From NCBI GenBank assembly GCA_000002445.1, contig CM000208.1, positions 416,001-480,000 of the forward strand: a DNA stretch of 64,000 nucleotides. The letters run 5' to 3'. Below, piece after piece: positions 35,017 to 45,906 of the stretch (its first letter is position 1; the number at the start of each line of letters is the position of its first letter). Below the pieces are notes generated by a model, which was not told the origin of the DNA, searched no databases, and was given only the letters and a program-made list of their open reading frames with translations. The stretch comes from Trypanosoma brucei. Taxonomy: Eukaryota. The position numbers and the translations under genes were made by a program.

Positions 35017-36086
35017 CTGACGGTGAGATCGTGGTGCGGGTCGTATATGCATGTCTTTCTCCCTGAGGAACGCGCTGTGGAGTGTTAACGAAGGAAATAG
35101 GAATACCTCTGTCGCGTATGTGATTGGTATGAAAGGCGGTGGCGAGAACAGCGGGATGAGATGTCATGCCACTTCCTGTTGGTGCTGGTCGTGGTTCTCC
35201 AGGGCATTCAACCGCCTTCTTGCATGCTAAAGGTAGCGAAATTTGTAAGACAAGTGTCGTGAGGGTAGGAAGTTACCATACTTGTTCAGTATGCTTATGT
35301 GGGTTTCTGGTCTACAGTTAATTCCATTTTACTCTAATTTATACTGTCCCTTATGTTAGAGGTAGAAGCCTCATTGTGGTGTCAGGGTCTAGTACGCAGG
35401 AATAATTAAATTTTCTATGGAAGCTAACTGTCACCACATGAACACTGGAATATCGACCACAGTGGGCAGCTGCTGGGGTGCCATTGTGAGTGCACTTTTG
35501 GACGTTGAAGATATTTATGTGTGTGAAGCGCAAATCAACACGCGGATATGTGGCTACTTCATGTTTTACAGTTGAGCACCTTTGCAAGTAGAACCCATCG
35601 AAGTCGTATACGTGCCATTAGCTGTAGAGCTAGTGGTGAATTTACAGGGTGAGATGCCACAACAGCTATAGGAGGGGTAGAAGGCTACAATGAAGACCAT
35701 CCCTTTATACGACCGTGCGAATCATGGTCTCCATGCACTGGCAAAGTGGGTGGGTAATAATCTCCACTTAAGAGGGTTTTAGTAGGCAGTGGCTCGTTCT
35801 CCAAGGCTGAGTCCCACACTATCATGTCATGTGACATGATCTGCATAAACGCATTTCCTTCTGTTCGCTAGTGTGGCGTGGCCACGATTGTCGTCAATCC
35901 GCACATTGAAGAAAAAAACTTATGCTGTATTTTTGTACTCTTTGCCAGGGAACCTTGCTCCAACGGGGGTTTCGTGGTCTGTGAGCCATGCAAGCGACAC
36001 AGAGGCAACTACTGTTTGCACTCCAGTCTTGTTTCCCTCTGCGTCCGGTTCAAAGGTGACACCGACCTCGTAATCACTGAAAAGCT

Positions 36087-36107
36087 TGTGTGTGTGTGTG
36101 TGTGTGT
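36087..36107. repeat. (GT)10 microsatellite just upstream of the HDAC gene
   Basis: tgtgtgtgtgtgtgtgtgtgt read directly. Confidence 0.9.
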
Positions 36108-36400
36108 CGCCCCCTTCATTACATAATTCGGCCTGAAAGGGGAAGGTAAATGCGAGTGTGCAGTTGCGTTCTGAAGTGCCACGAGGGCTGATAAAAAGGA
36201 CAAGATGTGGGTGAAAAGCTTATATACTTTTTTTGTGTATCGGGTACGGTGGTAGCAAAACTCGTGTGTGTGGTTTCACTTAATTTGGTTGTTTCATCTG
36301 CGTGAGGTCACTTTGACTTGCGGTGCAAGGTAATATATTGTCATTTCCTCAAACAGCGTATTCATTTATAATAACCTAGAAGGTTCGTACAGTTTCTCAA

Positions 36401-37567
36401 ATGAATGAGGATGGTGATTGTCGGCGCGTCGCTCTCATTGACACATCTTGCTATTCCGCTGATTGTACGCTCTCAGCGTTGGTTCCTCAGCATGCAATGA
36501 AACCGTATAGACTTTTGGTGACAATGGAACTAATTGCATCACTGGGGTTAAAGCGGTTTTGTCGGACGGTTGTCCCGCCACCAATTGGTATTAAAGAGCT
36601 GCTTACCTACCATGCTGAAGATTACATACTGAATCTGGGACTTCATAGTAACCGCAGCTGGTTGTGGAATACAGAGGTATCGAAGGTTACCTTTTCCGGA
36701 GATTGTCCACCTGTTGAGGGAATTGTTGAATATTCTCTCTCAACAGTTAGTGGCTCCCTCATGGCGGCTGTTTTGCTGAATAGTGGTGCTGTCGATACAG
36801 CGATTCATTGGGGTGGAGGTATGCATCATGCAAAGTGCGGTGAGTGTTCTGGATTCTGTTACGTGAATGATATTGTTATCGCCATTATTGAGCTACTGAA
36901 ATGCCATGATAGAGTTTTATATGTTGATCTTGATATGCATCACGGAGACGGAGTCGACGAAGCGTTTTGCCGTAGCAGAAGAGTCTTTACTCTTTCCCTT
37001 CACAAGTTTGGCGAGTCCTTTTTTCCGGGTACAGGCCATCCACGGGATGTAGGCATTGGAAACGGACGCCACTACACTATGAACTTAGCCATGTGGGATG
37101 GTGTGGATGACTTCTACTACACCACAGTTTTTGAGCGTGCGCTCAGATCCATTGTAAAACGGTTCAATCCAAATGTAGTTGTCTTGCAGTGTGGAGCCGA
37201 TTCGCTCGCAGGAGATCGTTTGGGACATTTTAATCTCTCGTCATGGGGTCATGGAAAGTGTGTTGAAGAGGTAAAGAAATTAGGGCTACCAATGCTTGTG
37301 GTTGGTGGTGGTGGTTACACCCTGCGGAATGTTGCCAAGCTGTGGGCATACGAAACTAGCATACTCTGTGGGAAAAGGCTCCCCTTGAACACTGTCATTC
37401 CTCTACATCGAATGCCTCTTAGTGGATGGCTCTTCGAAGAATCGCCACAACTTTTAGTTTCACAGGATGAAGAAAACAAACCTCTTCCTGGTGTTAACGT
37501 TCAACGATCCTTCCGCGTGATTATTGAGCAAATAGACAAGCACTGTCCAAATATAATGACTGTTTGA
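36401..37567 (+). CDS. class I histone deacetylase (RPD3/HDAC1-like; resembles trypanosome DAC1)
   Basis: 388 aa with ATG start. Catalytic signatures present: 'HWGGGMHHAKCGECSGFCYVNDIV' (HH pair), 'DLDMHHGDGVDEAF' (Zn-binding Asp/His), 'VVGGGGYTLRNVAK' (GGGGY). Looks catalytically competent. Confidence 0.95.
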   Translation: MNEDGDCRRVALIDTSCYSADCTLSALVPQHAMKPYRLLVTMELIASLGLKRFCRTVVPPPIGIKELLTYHAEDYILNLGLHSNRSWLWNTEVSKVTFSGDCPPVEGIVEYSLSTVSGSLMAAVLLNSGAVDTAIHWGGGMHHAKCGECSGFCYVNDIVIAIIELLKCHDRVLYVDLDMHHGDGVDEAFCRSRRVFTLSLHKFGESFFPGTGHPRDVGIGNGRHYTMNLAMWDGVDDFYYTTVFERALRSIVKRFNPNVVVLQCGADSLAGDRLGHFNLSSWGHGKCVEEVKKLGLPMLVVGGGGYTLRNVAKLWAYETSILCGKRLPLNTVIPLHRMPLSGWLFEESPQLLVSQDEENKPLPGVNVQRSFRVIIEQIDKHCPNIMTV

Positions 37568-37800
37568 ACTGTGCATCAGGGCGGCGTGATTGCTACCTTC
37601 TCCCCTCCCAACTTATGAATTGGTGTCGAGTGAATACTTAACTTTTCTATGTGTTACTGAAAGAGTAATCTGTCCTGATGTCACCCCCCCCCCCAAACAC
37701 ACACACATACACACACTACCCGGACGGGAAGTGGATACTCTGATATATAGTTATATCTTATTTTTCTCTTTTCGGGCGCATTTCTTTTTGGAAAGGGTCA

Positions 37801-38739
37801 ATGAACTTGGCAAATTCTCATTGTATCGGACCCGACAGTCCTGATGCTGGTCTGGCACCTTCCTGTAAAGGGTGCCCAAATGCTTCTCTATGTGCTTCTG
37901 CACCCAAAGGTCCCGATCCTGATATTGAACTTATCAGGCAACGGTTGTCTGGTGTTAAGCGGAAGGTGCTAATCGTTAGTGGGAAAGGAGGTGTGGGGAA
38001 GAGTACGCTTACTAAAGAGTTGGCTTTTGCCATTGGGAAGAGAGGACTCAACGTTGCTGTTGTTGATCTCGACATATGCGGGCCCTCTATTCCACGTTTG
38101 ACGGGCGCTCGGGGGGAAAATGCACACTACAGTGCCACTGGTATTGAACCGGTGATGATCGATGAAACGGTGACTATGATGTCCATGCACTACTTTCTTG
38201 AAAATAAGAATGAAGCTGTGCTCTTTCGCGGGCCCAGGAAGAATGGCGCTGTCAAAATGTTTCTGAAGGATGTAATTTGGAACGATGTTGATGTGATGCT
38301 GATTGACACACCCCCTGGGACGTCAGATGAGCACATCACTACTGCATCTCTTCTTCAGCAATGTGGTGGCGTCAGTGGCGCTGTTTTAGTAACCACACCC
38401 CAGATGGTTGCAGAGGCTGACGTAAGACGGGAGGTAAACTTCTGTCAAAAGGCAAAATTGAACATAATGGGTATTGTTGAAAATATGAGCGGTTTCGTGT
38501 GCCCTAACTGTGGTAGTGGCTCGTTTATATTTCCACGTACAAATACGCGGGGTGCTGGAAAGCGCTTAAGCGAGGAGTTTGGAATTCCTCTTTGGGGAGA
38601 AATACCCCTTGATCCAAAGCTGATGAGCTCGTGCGAGGAAGGTACCCCTCTTGCAGAGTCTGTCGACCAAAATAATCCAACGCTTGATGTTTTGAACTCA
38701 ATTTCGAGGAAACTCATTGAAAGTTTAGCGATGGAGTAG
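37801..38739 (+). CDS. NBP35: cytosolic Fe-S cluster assembly P-loop NTPase Nbp35 (NUBP1-like)
   Basis: N-terminal ferredoxin-like Cys cluster 'CIGPDSPDAGLAPSCKGCPNASLC' (C-x13-C-x2-C-x5-C). Deviant Walker A 'VSGKGGVGKST'. C-terminal bridging-cluster motif 'CPNCGSGS' (CxxC). Confidence 0.85.
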   Translation: MNLANSHCIGPDSPDAGLAPSCKGCPNASLCASAPKGPDPDIELIRQRLSGVKRKVLIVSGKGGVGKSTLTKELAFAIGKRGLNVAVVDLDICGPSIPRLTGARGENAHYSATGIEPVMIDETVTMMSMHYFLENKNEAVLFRGPRKNGAVKMFLKDVIWNDVDVMLIDTPPGTSDEHITTASLLQQCGGVSGAVLVTTPQMVAEADVRREVNFCQKAKLNIMGIVENMSGFVCPNCGSGSFIFPRTNTRGAGKRLSEEFGIPLWGEIPLDPKLMSSCEEGTPLAESVDQNNPTLDVLNSISRKLIESLAME

Positions 38740-38849
38740 TAGTATCAATATGCGGTTTTAACGTTGTTTCTGCAGTATTTTTGGAGAAGTTTTTTGCGCA
38801 GCAGCAATGTTGTGAATTTTTATCGCAGTCTCTTAATGATGTTGTTTAA

Positions 38850-40445
38850 ATGATATCTCCTGATTTTTTTTTTGGCGGTGTGTCCCTTTTATCTGATTCT
38901 ATTGAAGTTCGCTCTCGTTGGTCTTGTTTGAAGTACTTGGGTGATGCTATTATAGTGATGTCGGTAGTGGCGTCCTTCGTTGCAGAGTGTGCACGGAGCG
39001 GTCGCTGGGTACGGGGCGTTATGGCTCTTCATAGCAGTATCGGTGCAGAAGACGCGAGCATCGGGAGGGCGCGTCTCCGGTTAGCGTCCAGCATCTTAAG
39101 GAAACATTGGTGCGCTGCTTTGCCGCTAATAAGGCCTGAAGATGTGCAATATGTGGATGACCTTGCCCGATTGGTGCACGAATGCTCGATGTGCGCCGAG
39201 GTGCCCGCGGATGTATTTGACAGTGCAGTTGTTAAGTTGCTAACGCGCGCTCGAGGAAAAGATGAAATACAAACCCAATTATTTCTGTCCGCAACCAAGT
39301 GGACAAATTGGCATCAAGCGACTCGATTCTTCACCATGTTGGATACGCCAGGGGCATTGTGCAGAGATTCGCTGATGATACTGTTGATGAACGCTCTTGG
39401 ATCTGGGAGCATATCCAAACAACACACCATCGGTCTTATCCTTAGCCAGTTAAAACTCACCAACAGTCGCCATATTGGCAACGGAAGGCGTGATCACCTA
39501 TCGTCAATCTCTGCTGCTAATGCTGCGCACTCGTATATAGAGAAGGGTACTGATTTAGTGAAGGTTTGGAGTGCGTTGCGGGAAAGGGATGGAATTAGCA
39601 CGAAGTTAGTAATGAGTCTCGCAAGAGCGGCAATACAAGGTGAGCGATGTTCATGGAAGTTACCCCTATCCATCCACGGCAGGAATAGGGTCGTTGGTGA
39701 TTCTACTGAGGTGCTATCAAAGATGATTGCTATTTGCTGTCCGCAACACTGGAGAGCTGCTCTCGGTCATTTTGTCGTAGAAGGGAGGCTTGCCTTATGG
39801 CTGGCCTCCCGCTACAGTTGGGAAGCCGGGTTAGTTGTATCGAAGTTGGTTTCGATACCGCGGCGTGAAAAGTACGACATACTTTGCCGGTGCGCAATTC
39901 CTTTACCCCAGTTGAGGGGCATTGCAACGGTGGCCGGGGCAAAAATAAGGTTGAGCAACGCATCCAAAAGAAGCATTGCGGTGCGTCTGGCCAGTGGTTA
40001 CACAACTGAGGAGCTACAGCTGAGTGCTTTTGCTAAAGTATGTCAGAAAAATGGGGATTGGGAAACGTCCCTTTCCCTCTTCCATCGAGTCGCTACCGAG
40101 GAATTCCAACAACGTGCGGTTCAGTGTATCCTTGCACACTGCCCCGGTTTCGGGGTGAAAAAGTTACTTCAGCTGGTGAATGAGCATTGCCCGGCTAACA
40201 CTTGGACGACGTCAATGCTAGTGAAGCACTCCGATGACTGGGTGGAGGCCCTGTACGTTCTCCGCCATGTGATGGCTCGCGGGACGCGTTGCAATCCACA
40301 AATACTGAGCGCTTTTATGGACGTGCAGCCACCGGTTGACGTTGTATCGACTGTGGTCCGTAACACCACATTTGCGGGGCGCAGTGAGGGTATTATGAGA
40401 CGCCTTGAGATCCTAGAGATAAGTGGAAAGAGCCCGCAGCATTAA
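38850..40445 (+). CDS. hypothetical protein, alpha-helical repeat-like (possibly PPR/TPR-type); start uncertain
   Basis: 531-aa ORF in the plus polycistron with a poly-T tract upstream. Leu/Ala/Arg-rich helical composition. No nameable motif. Confidence 0.6.
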   Translation: MISPDFFFGGVSLLSDSIEVRSRWSCLKYLGDAIIVMSVVASFVAECARSGRWVRGVMALHSSIGAEDASIGRARLRLASSILRKHWCAALPLIRPEDVQYVDDLARLVHECSMCAEVPADVFDSAVVKLLTRARGKDEIQTQLFLSATKWTNWHQATRFFTMLDTPGALCRDSLMILLMNALGSGSISKQHTIGLILSQLKLTNSRHIGNGRRDHLSSISAANAAHSYIEKGTDLVKVWSALRERDGISTKLVMSLARAAIQGERCSWKLPLSIHGRNRVVGDSTEVLSKMIAICCPQHWRAALGHFVVEGRLALWLASRYSWEAGLVVSKLVSIPRREKYDILCRCAIPLPQLRGIATVAGAKIRLSNASKRSIAVRLASGYTTEELQLSAFAKVCQKNGDWETSLSLFHRVATEEFQQRAVQCILAHCPGFGVKKLLQLVNEHCPANTWTTSMLVKHSDDWVEALYVLRHVMARGTRCNPQILSAFMDVQPPVDVVSTVVRNTTFAGRSEGIMRRLEILEISGKSPQH

Positions 40446-40922
40446 TCTTCTCTGGGGAATCGACGCATATATATCCGTATTCGACAAATTCCTAACACGT
40501 GAAAACAAATGCGCGTTGACTTGGTGCTCTGCGCTGTGGACGTGTGCACATTGGGGGGGGGGGCGAGGGAAGCGACGACGATAAGGAGGGAGTGCTCACG
40601 TCCCGTTGCAGTAGCCACTTGACAACGTTTCAGGAGGAATTCCCTCCCCCCGAAACGGGGGTTTCTTTGATACACTGCACATTGGACTTCTGTTGGATCC
40701 TATTCGTTGCCGATATTCTAAATATCCGTTTGTCGCTACGACAAAGGGGAGTACGGAATGTGATGTGCCCACTGTAGGTGGCTTCGTTTCGAAGTTGGCT
40801 GGCGCCACTATAGCGTGTGGATGAACGGTGCCTTTCGTTCTTTGTTTTTGTGTGCTTGCAGCTACTGACTCCCACCGTATCGATTGTAACAAATACTAAC
40901 AAGTGATGTGATAGAATTAGCA

Positions 40923-42500
40923 ATGCGCTGCATCGCCCACATCGATATGGATTGCTTTTATGCTCAGGTGGAAGCTGTGCGGCTCGGCGTCGACTGCCGA
41001 ACGGAACCTTATGTTCTTTCTCAGTGGGGCAACCTTATAGCAGTAAATTATCCTGCACGCAAGTTTGGAATTGGTCGGTTTGACACTGTGACTGATGCAC
41101 TGGAGAAGTGCCCTCACGTAAAAATTTCACACGTCGCCACGTATGCCGCTGGAGAGGTGGAGTATCGCTACCACGAAAATCCCAGTAAGCAAACGCACAA
41201 GGTAGCCCTAGAGCCTTACAGAGAAGCTAGTCGGAAAATATTCCGCATTTTAGATAGTTTTGATGGAGTGGAAGTTGAAAAGGGTAGCGTGGACGAGGCA
41301 TTCCTCGACGTAACGAAAGCTGCTCATATGAAGCAAGGTGAGATGGGATTGCTCTCATCGCAGGGTGAGCTCCGCCTGGAGGACGTTGCAGATCCAACTA
41401 CAATTGTGATTCCAAGCCGTCAGGCCGAAATCGCTGCGTGGCTCAAAGAACACGGAAGGGAGTTTAGTGATGTGTTTGACGTAACGCTACATCCCCAACC
41501 AACGGCGGAGAACATGTCACTTCTCGCTGCAGCCTCTCGTGTTGTGTGGACCATACGGCAGAAAATCTATGATGAGCTTCGTTATGATTGCTCCGCAGGT
41601 ATTGCACACAACAAACTTCTTGCTAAGAGCATCTCAGCGCGCCATAAACCGAACCAGCAGACGCTCTTGTTTCCTGATTGTGTTGCCTCTGTTATGTGGG
41701 ATTTACCCTTCAAGAGCATTCGTGGATTTGGTGGGAAATTCGGCGAGGTTGTTCGACTTGCATGTGGTGGGAAGGAAACGTGTCGTGAGGCTTGGCTACA
41801 TTCCCTATGCGCGATGAGCAAGTTTTTTGAAAGTGTAGGAGATGCAGAATATGCATACCGTCGCTTACGTGGCTATGATGAGGGGAAAATAAGAGAGCGA
41901 TCTATTTCAAAGAGTTTGATGGCATCAAAGGCGTTTAGCCCACCGTCGTCCACTGCAAACGGTGTGCAAAAGTGGGTCACGGTTCTGAGCGGCGAACTTT
42001 CCGCCCGCTACGAGGATTTCTGCAATACATACGGAGTAAAGGGACACTCATTCAATGTGAAGCTAGGCAACCGCGGCCTTGACCAGCCGAGCAGTGTTGC
42101 AAACAAAACCTTCCCGCTGCCGGAACTTGTGACGCCGCAAACACTCGTGTCCGCTGCAATGCAGTGCGTCACGGCAATTATGGCCAATCGACCGGGTGTA
42201 GTGGTAAATGCGGTAATGCTCACCATTGGATCATTTAAGAAGCAGGAAAGCGACGAAAGCGGGGTCCGAAGCCAGCAAACGACCCTTAGGGATTTTTTTA
42301 AATTGAAGAACCCCGGGAAACGTGAGCGAAATCATACTGATGAGGCCATGGTAATTACCCTATCGTCCTGCCCCTCCTCCCCCGTATCACGTGAATCTTT
42401 GAAGAGCACCCCAGGAACAAGGGTGGTGTTTGATGTGGAGGACGATGGAGACGATGAGGAGGGGGAAAGCGGAGAGAAGGATGTACACATCATTGACTGA
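40923..42500 (+). CDS. Y-family translesion DNA polymerase eta (RAD30/POLH-like)
   Basis: 'HIDMDCFYAQVE...NLIAVNYPARKFGIG...LEKCPHV' matches the Pol eta N-terminal palm/fingers (human 'VDMDCFFVQVE...GIIAVSYEARAFGV...KLCPDL'). The track ORF starts with GTG at 40908; first ATG at 40923 ('MRCIAHIDMDCF'). Acidic C-terminal tail. Confidence 0.9.
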   Translation: MRCIAHIDMDCFYAQVEAVRLGVDCRTEPYVLSQWGNLIAVNYPARKFGIGRFDTVTDALEKCPHVKISHVATYAAGEVEYRYHENPSKQTHKVALEPYREASRKIFRILDSFDGVEVEKGSVDEAFLDVTKAAHMKQGEMGLLSSQGELRLEDVADPTTIVIPSRQAEIAAWLKEHGREFSDVFDVTLHPQPTAENMSLLAAASRVVWTIRQKIYDELRYDCSAGIAHNKLLAKSISARHKPNQQTLLFPDCVASVMWDLPFKSIRGFGGKFGEVVRLACGGKETCREAWLHSLCAMSKFFESVGDAEYAYRRLRGYDEGKIRERSISKSLMASKAFSPPSSTANGVQKWVTVLSGELSARYEDFCNTYGVKGHSFNVKLGNRGLDQPSSVANKTFPLPELVTPQTLVSAAMQCVTAIMANRPGVVVNAVMLTIGSFKKQESDESGVRSQQTTLRDFFKLKNPGKRERNHTDEAMVITLSSCPSSPVSRESLKSTPGTRVVFDVEDDGDDEEGESGEKDVHIID

Positions 42501-42689
42501 CTTACAAGTCCTTTGAACCGTATTGGTAGATCTTTCGCTTACCGGATAGGGGCTGTTCAGACCTAGTCCTGTGTGGGTGATGCTGGGTGTAACGGAACAA
42601 TTCTGTATGACACTACAATATTTATCCACTTACGATGTCCCCCTTTATTTTTCGGTTTTTCCCCCTATCAAGTCTTACACTTAGCATCC

Positions 42690-44480
42690 ATGAACATCTA
42701 CAGTTGGGAGAGCTCAGCTAGACCCCAGAAAGGTAAAGCCAAAAAGGCTGGGACCATCGTGTTTCACCCAGATGAGACTGTTGATCTCTCCTTCAACCGC
42801 CTTCAAAAGGAATATCCACTTGACAAGACCGAGCACCCAAACTCTCAAAAAGCTTCGGAGGGGCAAACAGAACGGAAAAAGGCCCCTTTAATGACTGCTG
42901 GGACAGCCAAAAATCTCGTAAAGAGGATGGGGTTCGAGGCTCTACTTCCCTGCCAAGCACAGTGTTACCGAGGCGTCTTTAACCGCCGTGACGTGATTCT
43001 CCACAGCCGCACTGGGAGCGGTAAAACATTGGCCTACGCTCTTCCCATCATCGAACGCCACCTCATAATGAGTTCTTTTTCTCCTCCCGCGTCGACTGGG
43101 CCATTTCTTCTAATATTTCTTTTCAGCAACGAGTTGGCCGCGCAAACGAAGGGTGTGCTCAAGAAAATATATCCCAAATTGAATATACTCATCGCCGGGT
43201 TTGACAATCTTGAAGTTCGGCGCTGTGATGTTTTGATCGGGACTGTTCGCTCTCTTGATGAGGCAATTCGAGGCAGGTTGAGTAAGGAATCTACCAGAGG
43301 GGAAAAGCGAACGCGTTCTGGTAGGGCAAGGGAAGAGGAAGAGGAAAAGGAGGAGGCTTATTGTGATGACCCTGGCACCGATGAGAGGGAGGGGGACTTC
43401 GCTTCATCCTCTGTTAGTGCTTCGAATGTATGTGCCATTGTCGTAGATGAGGTGGACCTGACACTTGGGCCACGCTTTTCTAACATCGGGCGGCGCATGC
43501 GGAATCTTCTTAATTTCATACGAAAAGCAAACGGCTCACTGGCAAAAGGGCTATTGACGGATTACCGTGCTCACCACTACGTGCTCTGTGGGGCAACGAT
43601 TCCAAACTGGGTGGTGAAAGCGGGGTTTCTTGGAGTGAAAAAATACTACTACCAGCTTGTGACAGTAGGGACTGCCAAGTTGCCAGAGAGACTGGAATGC
43701 TTCTCCATGTATTGTCCGCAGAAAGCCCGTGTGGACAGGGCCGTACAATTGCTTTCCACGGGAAATTTTGGCCGCACCGTAGTTTTCGGAACCAGGAAGC
43801 AGGTGCTAAAGATCGAGAGTTTTCTTTTAACGCAAAACCTGCAATTTTCCTTCAGTTCGTTGGACCCTGGCAAGGATGAGGTGGAGAGGATCAAAGCGAT
43901 GGAAAATTTTAACAGTGGTGCAGCTTCGGTTATCTTTTGCACAGACCTTGCGGCCCGTGGATTGGATTTCATCGATGTACACATGGTACTAATGTTGTCG
44001 CTCCCGAAACACAATATGGCTGTTGAAACATTTGTACACCGGGCGGGCCGCACTGCGCGGGCCGGGCGCCCCGGTAAATGCTTACAACTGCACGATGAAC
44101 GTGAGGACGCTGCCATTGAAGTTATCGAAAAGAATGCACACATCGTTTTCAAGAAATACATTGTTGGTGGTGAAGGAAAAGGTAGCGTCGCACGTAAAAG
44201 GATCAAAAAGGGGAACCTTACACCTCCTAACGACCAGGCGAAGACGACATTCACGCTTACCGTGAAGAACCCCTTCAGGTCTACAAAGCCCGATGCCGTT
44301 GTTCCTACTGCCCTGGATGTACTCAAAAAGAATATTGGATCTCTCTTCAGCAACGTCTGCAACGTCACGGAGGATGTCAGTGGGGAGATCGTAACGTTTG
44401 AGTACCCGGCCAACAGCTCGCATGAAGTGAGGCAGAAGCTGTGGAAGTTTTCATTGAAGGAAGTCACACCACAAAATTAA
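42690..44480 (+). CDS. DEAD-box-family ATP-dependent RNA helicase (motif II variant DEVD, motif III GAT)
   Basis: Motif I 'SRTGSGKT', motif II 'VVDEVD', motif III 'CGAT', motif VI 'HRAGRTARAGRPG'. An acidic insertion (EEEEKEEA) sits between the domains. The track ORF opens at 42573 with GTG; first ATG at 42690 ('MNIYSWESS'). Confidence 0.85.
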   Translation: MNIYSWESSARPQKGKAKKAGTIVFHPDETVDLSFNRLQKEYPLDKTEHPNSQKASEGQTERKKAPLMTAGTAKNLVKRMGFEALLPCQAQCYRGVFNRRDVILHSRTGSGKTLAYALPIIERHLIMSSFSPPASTGPFLLIFLFSNELAAQTKGVLKKIYPKLNILIAGFDNLEVRRCDVLIGTVRSLDEAIRGRLSKESTRGEKRTRSGRAREEEEEKEEAYCDDPGTDEREGDFASSSVSASNVCAIVVDEVDLTLGPRFSNIGRRMRNLLNFIRKANGSLAKGLLTDYRAHHYVLCGATIPNWVVKAGFLGVKKYYYQLVTVGTAKLPERLECFSMYCPQKARVDRAVQLLSTGNFGRTVVFGTRKQVLKIESFLLTQNLQFSFSSLDPGKDEVERIKAMENFNSGAASVIFCTDLAARGLDFIDVHMVLMLSLPKHNMAVETFVHRAGRTARAGRPGKCLQLHDEREDAAIEVIEKNAHIVFKKYIVGGEGKGSVARKRIKKGNLTPPNDQAKTTFTLTVKNPFRSTKPDAVVPTALDVLKKNIGSLFSNVCNVTEDVSGEIVTFEYPANSSHEVRQKLWKFSLKEVTPQN

Positions 44481-44832
44481 ATGAATGTGGAAAATGGCTG
44501 CCCCCCGTGCCACGTTTAAAAACTAACTTAACGAGAGAAAAGCTGAATTAACCCATCACAGAGGGGACAGCGGACAGTAAGCAGAAAAGTTACGATCTCC
44601 CTCCTTTCATTTCTTACTCTTACTATCGCTCCCTTTTTTTCTCAAAATCCGTTCAGTATTAGTGATCAGGAATCTTACGCTGTCGGTGCTTGCGGCGTGC
44701 GCACCACGGTTCCCTCAGCATATTCCTTTTTCGTTTACACTTTTTCTGGCCGGTGCGCATTTGCACCCCCTACACACACTTAGTTTTTTGCATAGTGGGC
44801 TGCGGGGAGTGGAAGGCAAATCAAGGCGTCCG

Positions 44833-45906
44833 ATGTGGCGTTGCTCTACTCTACTTCACAAAGGAAGCCTGACGGCACTTTTGCGTGACGTTATCAGATG
44901 CACTCAACCTTGCGGCATTCCCTTAGGCGATGTTGAGATAAAGGCAAAGGAGCACTTTTTATCACTTTCTAACGGTGAGCAGGAAGAGTTCCCTTTGGCA
45001 TTGAAAAAAGCCCTTCTTGAAGCAAACGATGCGCACTACATCGACGGGGCAAAACTTTACCCTTGCAACTGGGAGAGAGTAGTTCAGAGCATTGCGGTTG
45101 AAATGCCCTGTGAAGGACTAACTGAGAAGGGCCTTGTTGACCGAATTTTGGAGTTCGAACCGCGTTTCAATATGGAGAGTGCGTCTTTGGGGGAGCCGCT
45201 TAGTGAGTGGATGGCGCGGCGCTTTCCCCACATCATTCTGGTCTCACGTTCTGCTTCGACTGGGGTACCGGTTTATCGTCCGGTCCGGGGAAAACTACCG
45301 GAAGAGGTTGAATGTATCGCTAATGCGCTGCAGTTGTTGGGCCGTGAGAAACTTCCCGTTTATACCGACTTCGCTCTCATTGCTCCGCTCCTGCCTGCGA
45401 CGGTATGCCCTACGAGGGGGAACTGGGTGGCGTTTTTGGAACGGGGAAGTGTGCAGTGTCATTTTGATTTGGATGTGGATGTACACATCCGTCTCTCACC
45501 CAACAGCATCCCTTCTACGGTCTGCGTCGACGGTACCACTGTGGAGCTAGCCCGCGTAAATGAGGTACTGGCAGCCAATGGTTTGTCCGATTCTACATGC
45601 TCGCTCAAAGTCTTCCGAAGAGCGGAGGACCCGGTATGGTCGCAGGACGATATTGTTTTACCAAGTTTTCTTGAACCAGAACACGCCATTGGGGCGGCGA
45701 TCGCCTCGTTGGGAGCTCGAAGTTGTATGAGGATATACATTTTGTGTGGTGATTCAGCAGTTGAACGATACAAAACCGGATTACTGGATCTGTTGCGTTC
45801 TGCTGAGACAGACGTTAGAATATTCACGCCGTGTAACGCGGGCTTCACAGACGGGGCTATTAGTTCGGGGGTGGATCGTCGGGAAAAAACTGTGGGGAAA
45901 AGTTGA
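44833..45906 (+). CDS. hypothetical protein (ORF open from 44662; first ATG 44833)
   Basis: 414-codon ORF on the polycistron strand. No recognisable domain. Confidence 0.5.
   Translation: MWRCSTLLHKGSLTALLRDVIRCTQPCGIPLGDVEIKAKEHFLSLSNGEQEEFPLALKKALLEANDAHYIDGAKLYPCNWERVVQSIAVEMPCEGLTEKGLVDRILEFEPRFNMESASLGEPLSEWMARRFPHIILVSRSASTGVPVYRPVRGKLPEEVECIANALQLLGREKLPVYTDFALIAPLLPATVCPTRGNWVAFLERGSVQCHFDLDVDVHIRLSPNSIPSTVCVDGTTVELARVNEVLAANGLSDSTCSLKVFRRAEDPVWSQDDIVLPSFLEPEHAIGAAIASLGARSCMRIYILCGDSAVERYKTGLLDLLRSAETDVRIFTPCNAGFTDGAISSGVDRREKTVGKS

Larger units (their letters stand above)
31049..36400. promoter_or_regulatory. divergent strand-switch region between minus and plus polycistronic units (candidate bidirectional RNA Pol II initiation zone)
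   Basis: Gene orientation flips here: every convincing gene below 31.05 kb is on the minus strand, and every one from 36.40 kb to 48.34 kb is on the plus strand. The 5.3-kb gap has only short, both-strand-overlapping ORFs with GC-rich, non-protein-like translations. It contains a G14 run and a (GT)10 microsatellite. Confidence 0.55.
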
